A stretch of 62,679 nucleotides of DNA, counting the filler, from Gemmatimonadota bacterium (GTDB lineage Bacteria > 4572-55 > J002), in the NCBI GenBank assembly GCA_003697105.1. It is 8 parts of 8 records of this genome, joined end to end, with 100 filler letters (N's around TTAATTAATTAA, not from the genome) between each part and the next. Parts side by side here need not be neighbours in the genome. Positions count along the whole stretch, not along the records: positions 40,695 to 50,432 come from RFFQ01000041.1; positions 50,533 to 56,288 come from RFFQ01000006.1; 6 more parts are not named here. One strand, given 5' to 3'. The notes under the pieces are model-generated. The model had not been told where the DNA came from, made no database searches, and was given only the letters and a program-made list of their open reading frames with translations. Below are positions 44,557 to 53,102 of the stretch, piece after piece (position 1 is the first letter of the stretch; each line of letters opens with the position of its first letter). The position numbers and the translations under genes were made by a program.

Positions 44557-45806
44557 GCCAATGGCGACAGACCATTTTGACGGTACTGATGCTCCTGAGC
44601 AGTCTGGCCCCGTCACTTTCGGCAAAAACATACTGGGTTGATCCCTCCGGGGCATTTTCCTCCATCCGTGCGGCGCTGGCACACGCGACGGATGGCGATA
44701 CCCTTCACGTAGCCCCGGGTATTTACCGGGAAGGTGCAATCACCATCGATAAATCAATCCACGTGATCGGACACAACCTGCCTCAAATCGACGGTGAAGG
44801 AACGTACCAGATTATCACCGTGGTAGCCGATAGTGTCCATATTGAAGGTCTTCATTTGATGAACGTGGGTGTCAGTTTTACCCAAGATAATGCCGCGATT
44901 AAATGTGACGCCGTAGAAGGATGTGTCATTGAGAATAACACCATCAGCAACGGCTTTTTTGGGATATACCTCGCAAAATCAGCGAATTGTGTGGTGAAAA
45001 ACAACCAAATTAAGGGGGAAGCGGTTCGTGAAGTCAACTCCGGCAACGGTATTCATCTGTGGTATTGCAAGAACATTCTTATCGAGGGTAATACCGTGCG
45101 CCAACACCGCGACGGTATCTATTTTGAATTTGTGGAACACGGCACCGTACGAAACAACCTGAGTGAGAAAAATCTGCGCTATGGCTTGCACTTTATGTTT
45201 TCCCATCATTGCCGCTATGAACAGAATCAATTTCAGCAAAACGGCGCAGGCGTAGCAGTTATGTACACGCAGGATGTCCACATGGTCAATAATCGCTTCC
45301 AAAAAAATTGGGGAGCCGCTTCATTTGGATTGTTATTAAAAGATATTCGTGACAGTGAAATTACCCAAAACCATTTCGTCGAAAATACGGTCGGTATCTA
45401 TGCCGAAGCATGTGATCGGGTGGTTGTCAGCGAAAACCGGTTTGAACAGAACGGCTGGGCAATTAAACTGATGGCAAATTCAATGGATAACACCTTCCGG
45501 CGCAATAATTTCTTGGTAAATACCTTTGATGTGGCAACAAATAGCCGTCAAAACTTCAATACCTTTGAAGGCAACTATTGGAGCACCTACCGGGGTTACG
45601 ACCTAGACCAGGACGATGTCGGTGATGTTCCCTTTCGCCCGGTACGGTTGTTTTCCCTAATTGTTGAAAAACAACCCCCGGCACTCATTCTGCTGCGGAG
45701 TTCGTTCATTGGTCTCCTCGATATTGCAGAACGGGTTTTTCCGGTATTAACTCCAGAAACCCTGATCGACCCCTCTCCGGCAATGATGCCAGTTACGGTG
45801 GAATAA
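44544..45806 (+). CDS. nosD: N2O reductase maturation protein (beta-helix)
   Basis: GNGIHLW, RDGIYFEF, RYGLHFMFS, GNYW..Y.GYDL..D.VGD. Confidence 0.95.
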   Translation: MATVSQWRQTILTVLMLLSSLAPSLSAKTYWVDPSGAFSSIRAALAHATDGDTLHVAPGIYREGAITIDKSIHVIGHNLPQIDGEGTYQIITVVADSVHIEGLHLMNVGVSFTQDNAAIKCDAVEGCVIENNTISNGFFGIYLAKSANCVVKNNQIKGEAVREVNSGNGIHLWYCKNILIEGNTVRQHRDGIYFEFVEHGTVRNNLSEKNLRYGLHFMFSHHCRYEQNQFQQNGAGVAVMYTQDVHMVNNRFQKNWGAASFGLLLKDIRDSEITQNHFVENTVGIYAEACDRVVVSENRFEQNGWAIKLMANSMDNTFRRNNFLVNTFDVATNSRQNFNTFEGNYWSTYRGYDLDQDDVGDVPFRPVRLFSLIVEKQPPALILLRSSFIGLLDIAERVFPVLTPETLIDPSPAMMPVTVE

Positions 45807-45813
45807 GACACTC

Positions 45814-46542
45814 ATGGCAAAGGAATTCCCGATGATTGGAATCGTGAATTTGAATAAAAAATTTGGTAAACTGCATGTGTTGAAAGATGTCAGTGTCCAA
45901 ATTGAACGCGGATGCGTCAGCGCAATTGTGGGCCCCAACGGTTCTGGAAAAACAACGTTGATAAAGTCCATTTTAGGCTTGGTGAAGCCCAGTTCAGGAC
46001 AAATATTTGTCAATGGTATTCAAATCAATGGGGATTGTGCCTATCGCCAGCAAATTGGTTATATGCCCCAAGTTGCCCAATTTCCAGAAAACTTGACCGT
46101 CCGCGAGATTTTACACCTTGTAAAAGATTTGCGGGGAAATCCCACCGATCTTAATGAAACGCTATTTGACCAGTTAGGGCTGGAAAAAGAGCTTGATAAA
46201 CGAATGCGTACCCTCTCAGGAGGTACGCGGCAAAAAGTCAGCGCCACCCTCGCCTTCCTGTTTAACCCGAAAATCCTAATTCTGGATGAACCCACTGCCG
46301 GTCTAGACCCCGTTTCCAGCAGTATCCTCAAAGATCAGATTCAACAGGAGAAAGCTAAAGGTAAAACGGTCATTTTGACGTCACATATTATGAGCGAGAT
46401 CGAGGAACTCTCCGATAATATTATCTTTCTGTTGGAAGGCACTGTCCGCTTTGAAGGTGCCATCAAAACGCTAATTGCCGGAACAAATCAACAAAACTTA
46501 GAGCGAACCATTGCTCACATTATGATGCAAGGTGTTGCATGA
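45814..46542 (+). CDS. nosF: ABC transporter ATPase
   Basis: GPNGSGKTT, LSGG, LDEPT; between nosD and nosY. Confidence 0.92.
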   Translation: MAKEFPMIGIVNLNKKFGKLHVLKDVSVQIERGCVSAIVGPNGSGKTTLIKSILGLVKPSSGQIFVNGIQINGDCAYRQQIGYMPQVAQFPENLTVREILHLVKDLRGNPTDLNETLFDQLGLEKELDKRMRTLSGGTRQKVSATLAFLFNPKILILDEPTAGLDPVSSSILKDQIQQEKAKGKTVILTSHIMSEIEELSDNIIFLLEGTVRFEGAIKTLIAGTNQQNLERTIAHIMMQGVA

Positions 46543-47324
46543 AGACCATTATCAAAGTCATTAAATATGAATTTCATGATATTTTCCGTAGCAAGTGGCT
46601 CATCGCCTATCTCCTGTTTTTCCTGATGGTTACCGATACATTGTTCCGGTTTGGGGGGGGCGGCAACCGTGTCATTTTAAGTTTGATGAATCTTGTCATT
46701 TTTGTTATCCCCCTGATTAGCATCCTATTTGGCACCATGTATCTGTATCATTCGCAGGAATTTATCAAATTGTTGCTTTCGCACCCCATTCACCGGCGTT
46801 CCTTGTTTGCAGGAATGTACTTAGGGTTGGCAATTCCCCTTTCGCTTAGTTTTTGGTTGGGTGTTAGTATCCCTTTTGCCTACCATGATGATGGCTCCAA
46901 CCTGATGGCGTTGGGCATGCTTCTAATGTCGGGTGTATTCCTGACACTGATTTTCACGGCGCTGGCATTTCTAACCGCGGCTATTTTATCCGATAAAACG
47001 AAAGGGTTTGGCGTGGCGATCTTGGTTTGGTTGTTCTTTGTTGTCATTTATGATGGCTTAATCTTGTTGACGGTCTTTATCTTTGCCGACTATCCCCTTG
47101 AACAACCGCTGATCATTCTCAGTTTATTCAATCCGATTGATCTTGCCCGAATTTTGATGTTATTAAGTCTTGATATTTCCGCATTAATGGGTTACACGGG
47201 TGCTGTATTTAATAAATTTTTGGGGAGTACGTGGGGCATGGCGCTCTCGATCTTCTGTTTAGCACTGTGGAGCATCTTACCTTACATCGCGGCAAGCCGG
47301 CAGTTCCAAGATGAAGACTTTTAA
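46539..47324 (+). CDS. nosY: ABC transporter permease
   Basis: Six TM helices, NPIDLARIL, ALMGYTGA. Confidence 0.9.
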   Translation: MKTIIKVIKYEFHDIFRSKWLIAYLLFFLMVTDTLFRFGGGGNRVILSLMNLVIFVIPLISILFGTMYLYHSQEFIKLLLSHPIHRRSLFAGMYLGLAIPLSLSFWLGVSIPFAYHDDGSNLMALGMLLMSGVFLTLIFTALAFLTAAILSDKTKGFGVAILVWLFFVVIYDGLILLTVFIFADYPLEQPLIILSLFNPIDLARILMLLSLDISALMGYTGAVFNKFLGSTWGMALSIFCLALWSILPYIAASRQFQDEDF

Positions 47325-47769
47325 GAACATCAGCCCAGCCATCAGCTTCATGCTGATGATGGCGTTTTGCTGGGAAGGCGCATTCATTGTGTTACAAACT
47401 CCCCTAACCTCGGGCACGCGCGCGCCACAATCATGTTGCCAAGAGGGTCATTGTTGTTGCCCACCTTCCACCTGCCAGTGCAACCACCCCCATAATAACT
47501 ATAATACCCCCACAACAACGGGTGAAATTTTAGTTTTGCGCGGTTGTACCCCCTCCTCCGAACAACTTCAACCTCAGGCAACAATTCAACTGGCCATACT
47601 TCGCCGGGTTTGGTTTCCAATGTTCTTGTGCAATACTCGCTACCGGTGGCAAGATACCCCCCAATGGTTCTCCCAACTTTGGATTCATGATATTTTTCGC
47701 CCCCCTCGACGGCACACCCCCATCCTGTATCATTATATCACTCGATCTGCAAGACGACACATGTGTTGA
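47311..47769 (+). CDS. Cys/His-rich hypothetical protein, possible DUF2946/CruR-like leader
   Basis: Hydrophobic N-terminus, CCQEGHCCCPPSTCQCNHPH, DIFRPPR near C-terminus; fills the nosY-receptor gap. Confidence 0.6.
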   Translation: MKTFKNISPAISFMLMMAFCWEGAFIVLQTPLTSGTRAPQSCCQEGHCCCPPSTCQCNHPHNNYNTPTTTGEILVLRGCTPSSEQLQPQATIQLAILRRVWFPMFLCNTRYRWQDTPQWFSQLWIHDIFRPPRRHTPILYHYITRSARRHMC

Positions 47770-47814
47770 TTCATAAATACATATCTACGTTTATATAGAA
47801 CTAGGAGATCATCG

Positions 47815-49677
47815 ATGAAATACGTTTGGATATTTTGCAGCATGGTGGTGCTGTGCGGTTTCGGGTATAACCCAGAGCTGTTTGCAGCGCCCGACACACT
47901 GAAAGTGTATGATTTAGACCCGGTGAGTGTCATGGCGACTCGAATTCATGTGGGCGAAGAGGAATCCCCGATAACAAAAGATTATGCAAGCCAGATACTT
48001 ACCCAAAATGGATTCTCCGTGATTCGGAAGGGGATCGGGCTTGCCAACGACCTATATACCGATGGGTTTAAGCGCGGCGATATTACGGTAGTGATCGATG
48101 GGGAACACTACCCCAATAGTTGCCCGAACCGGATGGACTCACCAATTACCCGCATCAACCCCTTGGAAATGGAGTCCATTCTACTGTCCAAGACCAATAC
48201 GTCCGCCGCTTGTGGCTTGTCCGGTCTAGTCACATTTAAACGGGCACTTCCCCGCGAGGACTTGCGGATCAAAGCTGGGTTTACTGCAGACCTCGGTCAT
48301 CAAGAAAATATGGATGGCACAATCTTGCTGGAAAGTCACCAACATCAGGTCACCGGGCGCTATGTGTATGGTCGCGGTTACAAAACCGCTCACGGCAAGG
48401 ATTTCACCGCCCTATACGGCTATACCGGTGAACCAACCTACCAATTGCGTGAAATCACTTGGCAAGGGCGCCCCGGTGAGTGGCAATACGGTGGGATGAT
48501 CGCCGTGACCACAGATGTTATGTTTCCATATTTGCGTATGGATGAGCGCGAAAATGTCCTCTGGAACACCTTTTTAGCCTATAAAGGACACAAAATTTAT
48601 GTGAATCGCACCTACCATCTTATGAATAGCGCGTTGCGGGCTGAAGCCATGCCGATGGAAACGAAAGCCACAAATCTGACAATTGGATTGACCGGAGCAC
48701 ATTATGACCTGTACTACCGCCGGTGGGATGCCGATAATACCATCAGCGGTATGATGATGAACCAGCCGGTACAAATCAACAACGACCTAATACCAAACTT
48801 GGGACGCTTTTCGGCAAATCTGCACCATACGTTTGATCTTCAACCAGTGCAAATCTCGCTTAAATTGGGGGTAACTCACGATCAGATTGATGAAAACCGG
48901 TTGCCCTTTTACAAATCCTTATACCCTGAAGCGAGCGATCACCGGTGGTTTATACCGTTTGCGGTAGGACTCAGCTATACAAAGGCAGTATCATCCCGGC
49001 TCGCCGGAGGAATATCCGCCGAAGTTGCCTCCGAACCCCCACAACCGGAATACCTGTACATTGCCGTCCAACGTCCAATGGGCAAACCCACGTGGATGGG
49101 ACGTCCCGACCTGAAGGCACCCCTCCGGGCAACACTCCGCCTCCAATGGACTCATCCCCATCTGCGATTCACTATTTTTGGCACGCATGTTTGGGATTAT
49201 GTGAATCTGACATCCGTTGAGCACGACCAACAACCGTACATGACGTATCGCAATATTGACGGGCTAATGGCTGGTTTCAATCTGCAAGTAGATTGGCCGT
49301 ACTTGAGTGCTAATGCTAGTTACATCTGGGCAGAGAATCTAACACAAAATACACCCTTGGCAGAGATACCGCCGTTTCAGGTGCAAACCACGCTCAAATC
49401 ACCCCACTACAATGGCATGTCCGGTTTCCTGCGTCATACTTACGCGGATGCCCAAACTCGGGTCGATGATTCTTTAAATGAGCGTGTCACACCCCACTGG
49501 AATCGTGTGGATGCTGGAATGGCTTACCAAACCGGTATGGTTAAATGGAGCCTTGAGGTGGTAAATCTAACCAATGCGGTCTATTACCAGCACTTGTCCT
49601 ACTTGCGCGACCCGTTTGCGGCAGGCAATATCGTCTATGAACCGGGGCGTTATGTCCGGTTTTCCATTGCCTATTAA
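47815..49677 (+). CDS. TonB-dependent copper receptor, OprC/NosA-like
   Basis: Signal peptide, plug motif CPNRMD, HLM, Met-rich loops, YYQHLS..EPGR, terminal aromatic residue; RBS AGGAG. Confidence 0.85.
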   Translation: MKYVWIFCSMVVLCGFGYNPELFAAPDTLKVYDLDPVSVMATRIHVGEEESPITKDYASQILTQNGFSVIRKGIGLANDLYTDGFKRGDITVVIDGEHYPNSCPNRMDSPITRINPLEMESILLSKTNTSAACGLSGLVTFKRALPREDLRIKAGFTADLGHQENMDGTILLESHQHQVTGRYVYGRGYKTAHGKDFTALYGYTGEPTYQLREITWQGRPGEWQYGGMIAVTTDVMFPYLRMDERENVLWNTFLAYKGHKIYVNRTYHLMNSALRAEAMPMETKATNLTIGLTGAHYDLYYRRWDADNTISGMMMNQPVQINNDLIPNLGRFSANLHHTFDLQPVQISLKLGVTHDQIDENRLPFYKSLYPEASDHRWFIPFAVGLSYTKAVSSRLAGGISAEVASEPPQPEYLYIAVQRPMGKPTWMGRPDLKAPLRATLRLQWTHPHLRFTIFGTHVWDYVNLTSVEHDQQPYMTYRNIDGLMAGFNLQVDWPYLSANASYIWAENLTQNTPLAEIPPFQVQTTLKSPHYNGMSGFLRHTYADAQTRVDDSLNERVTPHWNRVDAGMAYQTGMVKWSLEVVNLTNAVYYQHLSYLRDPFAAGNIVYEPGRYVRFSIAY

Positions 49678-49693
49678 AATTCGCGGATGAAAA

Positions 49694-49730
49694 GCGGCTG
49701 CCGGCTCTCAAACAAAGGGCTGGCAGTCGC
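49694..49730 (+). terminator. Stem-loop after copper receptor
   Basis: 15-bp stem with G-U pairs, no clear U tract. Confidence 0.5.
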
Positions 49731-49765
49731 GTAACCATGGCTAAGAATGCCTTTCATTTTGGGGG

Positions 49766-49794
49766 TTGACAATTTGCAAAAAAAGATGTATCTT
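49766..49794 (+). promoter_or_regulatory. sigma70 promoter of rrf2
   Basis: TTGACA-N17-TATCTT. Confidence 0.7.
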
Positions 49795-49798
49795 AATT

Positions 49799-49818
49799 TT
49801 AAGATAAAATACTCTTAA
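49799..49818. promoter_or_regulatory. Putative Rrf2 operator copy 3 (autoregulatory position)
   Basis: TTAAGATAAAATACTCTTAA over the predicted transcription start. Confidence 0.7.
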
Positions 49819-49835
49819 ATCTAGGATGGTGGATC

Positions 49836-50291
49836 ATGATGCTTTCCAAAAGTTGTATTTATGGGATTCGCGCGGTGCTCTATCTCGCGTTACAAGAGGA
49901 AGAGGGCTATGTCTCTATTCGAAAAATATCGAAGGATTTAGATATTTCATTTCATTTTTTGACCAAAATTTTGCAACAACTCACCCAAAACGAAATTTTG
50001 ACGTCTTTCCGAGGACCCAACGGCGGCGTTGCGCTGGCGAAACCGGCAGACCAACTTGACCTGGTACAGATTATTGAAGCGATTGACGGTTTAGGCATCT
50101 TCCAAGAATGTATTTTAGGGTTACCGGGCTGTGGATCATTGGAACCCTGCCCCCTCCACGACCAGTGGGGAAAAGCCCGGGAGGAATTATACTCCGCTTT
50201 TAAAACATTAACGATTGCCCAGTTGGCAACCAAAACCAAAAATCTAAACTTACGGCTTGTTGACCAGCAGGTGATTCAAGCCAACCTTTAA
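49836..50291 (+). CDS. Rrf2 family transcriptional regulator with three-Cys Fe-S motif
   Basis: YGIRAVLYLA, KILQQL...S.RGPNGG..LA, CILGLPGCGSLEPCPLH. Confidence 0.93.
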   Translation: MMLSKSCIYGIRAVLYLALQEEEGYVSIRKISKDLDISFHFLTKILQQLTQNEILTSFRGPNGGVALAKPADQLDLVQIIEAIDGLGIFQECILGLPGCGSLEPCPLHDQWGKAREELYSAFKTLTIAQLATKTKNLNLRLVDQQVIQANL

Positions 50292-50306
50292 TTTTTTTGG
50301 TACATT

Positions 50307-50326
50307 TTCAGATAAAAGAGGCTTAA
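50307..50326. promoter_or_regulatory. Putative Rrf2 operator copy 4
   Basis: TTCAGATAAAAGAGGCTTAA, 16/20 match. Confidence 0.5.
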
Positions 50327-50352
50327 ATAAACTATTATAGAAAGGACGCGTA

Positions 50353-50432
50353 ATGAACTACACCTATCTCGCAAATTTAGCGCAAGATGTTCGCATTCCA
50401 GAAAAAGGAATTCACAGCCAGACCCTCTATAC
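50353..50432 (+). CDS. N-terminus of probable cupin-domain protein (partial)
   Basis: RBS AAGGA, MNYTYLANLAQDVRIPEKGIHSQTLY resembles small-cupin starts (GI.S.TL); cut by gap. Confidence 0.45.
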
Positions 50433-50532
50433 NNNNNNNNNNNNNNNNNNNNNNNNNNNNNNNNNNNNNNNNNNNNTTAATTAATTAANNNNNNNNNNNN
50501 NNNNNNNNNNNNNNNNNNNNNNNNNNNNNNNN
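50433..50532. other. Assembly spacer
   Basis: N run with stop linker. Confidence 0.99.
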
Positions 50533-50687
50533 GTAATTTTTACACGCAACAGGCGGCAGTAAACTAAACCCAACCGGATTAGCCCCCACCGGAAACCCCC
50601 CTGTTTTCCTCTTGACAGATTCGCAATATTCCCTTATTTGGTAGCAACTCATTTTAGCCTCATATTTTTCGATTACGAAAGGTCATA

Positions 50688-51506
50688 ATGGATATCCGGT
50701 TACGACCTAACGAAATTCACCCCGGCATCTATCTGTTTACCAGTTTTAAAACCCTCATGGTTAACAGTACCGTTGTGGACTGCGGCGATGAGGTGATCGT
50801 TGTGGATACCCTACTCCGTAAGGATGAAGCTACCCAAGTTGCCGATTTTATCCGAGAAACATTACAAAAATCCGTCAGTTGGATCATCAATACCCATTGG
50901 CACAAAGACCATTTGTATGGTAATCAGGCGTACCCCGGGGTGCCCACCATTGCCCATGAAAACTACATCCACAGTGCAGAAGCCCAAAAAATCTTGATGG
51001 GACATCGCATGCCGTACCAGCATCCCAAGCTAACCTTCTCCGAGCGGATGCGGCTTACCATTGGTACCCGTCACATGGAACTTCACGGCGCACCGGGACA
51101 CTCTCCAGATGGGTTGGTCGTCTATCTACCGGAGGAAAAGGTGATGTTCACCGGCGATACCGTGATTGGTAACGGCTCCCGCCGGATCGGTTTGCCTTAT
51201 GTCCATGAAGGAAATTGGGGACGCTTGGAAGCCACCTTGGAATGGTTGTTGACCTTTAACATTGAACGGATCGCGCCGGGACATGCCAAACCCGGTGATA
51301 AGTCCTTGATTCAACAACGGTTAGATTATACCCAACGGTTGCGCCGTTTCGTGCAAGAGGCGCCTCTGGCGAATATGACAAAAGCCGACCTTATCGCCCT
51401 GCCCTTGACCGAGTTTACTCACGATGGTAGCGAAGCGATGATGCCCAATCTGCATCACATCAATCTGGAAAAGATGTGGGCAGAACTTCACAACAACACC
51501 CCCTAA
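50688..51506 (+). CDS. MBL-fold metallohydrolase
   Basis: VVDT, THWHKDH..GN, GHS, FTGD, PGH. Confidence 0.9.
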   Translation: MDIRLRPNEIHPGIYLFTSFKTLMVNSTVVDCGDEVIVVDTLLRKDEATQVADFIRETLQKSVSWIINTHWHKDHLYGNQAYPGVPTIAHENYIHSAEAQKILMGHRMPYQHPKLTFSERMRLTIGTRHMELHGAPGHSPDGLVVYLPEEKVMFTGDTVIGNGSRRIGLPYVHEGNWGRLEATLEWLLTFNIERIAPGHAKPGDKSLIQQRLDYTQRLRRFVQEAPLANMTKADLIALPLTEFTHDGSEAMMPNLHHINLEKMWAELHNNTP

Positions 51507-51517
51507 AGGAGAATTTC

Positions 51518-53056
51518 ATGAAACCGGTCAGTCTCGGATTGATATTCCTCGTACTCTGGGGATGTTCCCCAGAAAAACAAGATTTAAACACAGTCGGACC
51601 GGACCCGGACCCGCTTTTTGATGTAACCTTTTACATTTACGACTATAATTCTCGGGAAAGACCCCTTGAAAATGTACGAGTAAGCCTGATTGACTATCCC
51701 TCACAAGAGGTTCTCTTTAGCGACCAAACCGGTGCAAACGGACGAACCACACCCTACCCACTCCGCACCAGCCAAAGCTTCCGATTAGCAGTGGAAGCCC
51801 CCGGCTTCACTTATCTCAATTCGGGAAAAATCTTTAGCCTAACCTACGTGGACTCGGTGATCTCGATCCCCCTGATTCCCCAGATCGAACCGCTGGCAGA
51901 AATACCGTTGTTCACGGATGAACCGATTTATCCCACCGGCGTAACATGGGGGAACAACCGGTTGTGGTTCTTGGGGGGTAAGAACCCTCACAGGTTAGAT
52001 ATCGATCCGCAAACGGTATCCCATAATAACCCTTGTGATACGCTCACCTATCTGAGAGTTTGGCCGGTTTATGTGGAAACAATTGCCAGAAAGCCAACCG
52101 AAACTACCGCGCGTTTATGTTTATCGGAGACCGCCACTACCCCATTGACGTGGGAAGTGTCGCTGGTAACAAGGGATAGCACTCCAACTACACCCTCATG
52201 GGTGAAAGAAATATATCCCACCCATGGAACCTTACGCGTACCGGGAAACTGCCAGCGAATTAACATTTGGTTTGATACAGACCAACCCGAAGGAGAATAC
52301 CGCGCCGAACTGAAGGTGATAACCCAAACCCCCCTTTGCCAAGATACGATTTATACCAGTGTGACATTGGACGTCTATTATTATTACCTCTGGGAGACAG
52401 ATACCTCCGGTGCAAATCCCACAAGGTATGATTTAGATTGGTTCGCCGTTACCCCCGATACCCTACGCATGGACGTCCTCAAACCATACGCGTTAGTATG
52501 GGACTTACACTTTCTCGATGGTACCCTGTGGTCCAACTTTGGGAAACGTAGTACGAACAACGGAGATACATGGCTCTACTACCATACCGCAGAGAACCCC
52601 GTGTGCATTGGGCATCGTGTACCAACCACTCTAAATATTTTTGGGTCATTGCGCCCCGCACAGGATTTAGCCTATCAAGATGAGAATTATTTATGGGGAT
52701 GCACGGAGCAATCAGTGATGCGATTGCCGACTCAGCAGTATAATATTCCGATTGAGTCAGAAGCGGTATTTAACTATACGAATATTATCCAGCAGGGAAC
52801 AATTGGCGGAATTGCCCATGATGGGACAACCCTTTGGATGAAGTATACGGAAAGCAGTTTTATCTACGGTGCCACCCTTGATGAGACGAATACTCCGCCA
52901 GATGTCCCCAACCGCCAATACCACCTGATTGCCAATTACGCCCAATATGCCGACCTGACAACAGACCGAAACGGTCGATTTTGGCTGCTGGGGCGCCATA
53001 CCAATGATACAGCATCACCATTTAAGTTAATCATTTTTGAAATCCCCCAATTATAA
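51518..53056 (+). CDS. Hypothetical lipoprotein
   Basis: RBS AGGAG, MKPVSLGLIFLVLWGC lipobox; propeller-like G.A.DGT.LW elements. Confidence 0.75.
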   Translation: MKPVSLGLIFLVLWGCSPEKQDLNTVGPDPDPLFDVTFYIYDYNSRERPLENVRVSLIDYPSQEVLFSDQTGANGRTTPYPLRTSQSFRLAVEAPGFTYLNSGKIFSLTYVDSVISIPLIPQIEPLAEIPLFTDEPIYPTGVTWGNNRLWFLGGKNPHRLDIDPQTVSHNNPCDTLTYLRVWPVYVETIARKPTETTARLCLSETATTPLTWEVSLVTRDSTPTTPSWVKEIYPTHGTLRVPGNCQRINIWFDTDQPEGEYRAELKVITQTPLCQDTIYTSVTLDVYYYYLWETDTSGANPTRYDLDWFAVTPDTLRMDVLKPYALVWDLHFLDGTLWSNFGKRSTNNGDTWLYYHTAENPVCIGHRVPTTLNIFGSLRPAQDLAYQDENYLWGCTEQSVMRLPTQQYNIPIESEAVFNYTNIIQQGTIGGIAHDGTTLWMKYTESSFIYGATLDETNTPPDVPNRQYHLIANYAQYADLTTDRNGRFWLLGRHTNDTASPFKLIIFEIPQL

Positions 53057-53102
53057 GTAGGGTCTAAACTGGAACGTTCAACTCCGTGAAATTGAGATCG
53101 CC

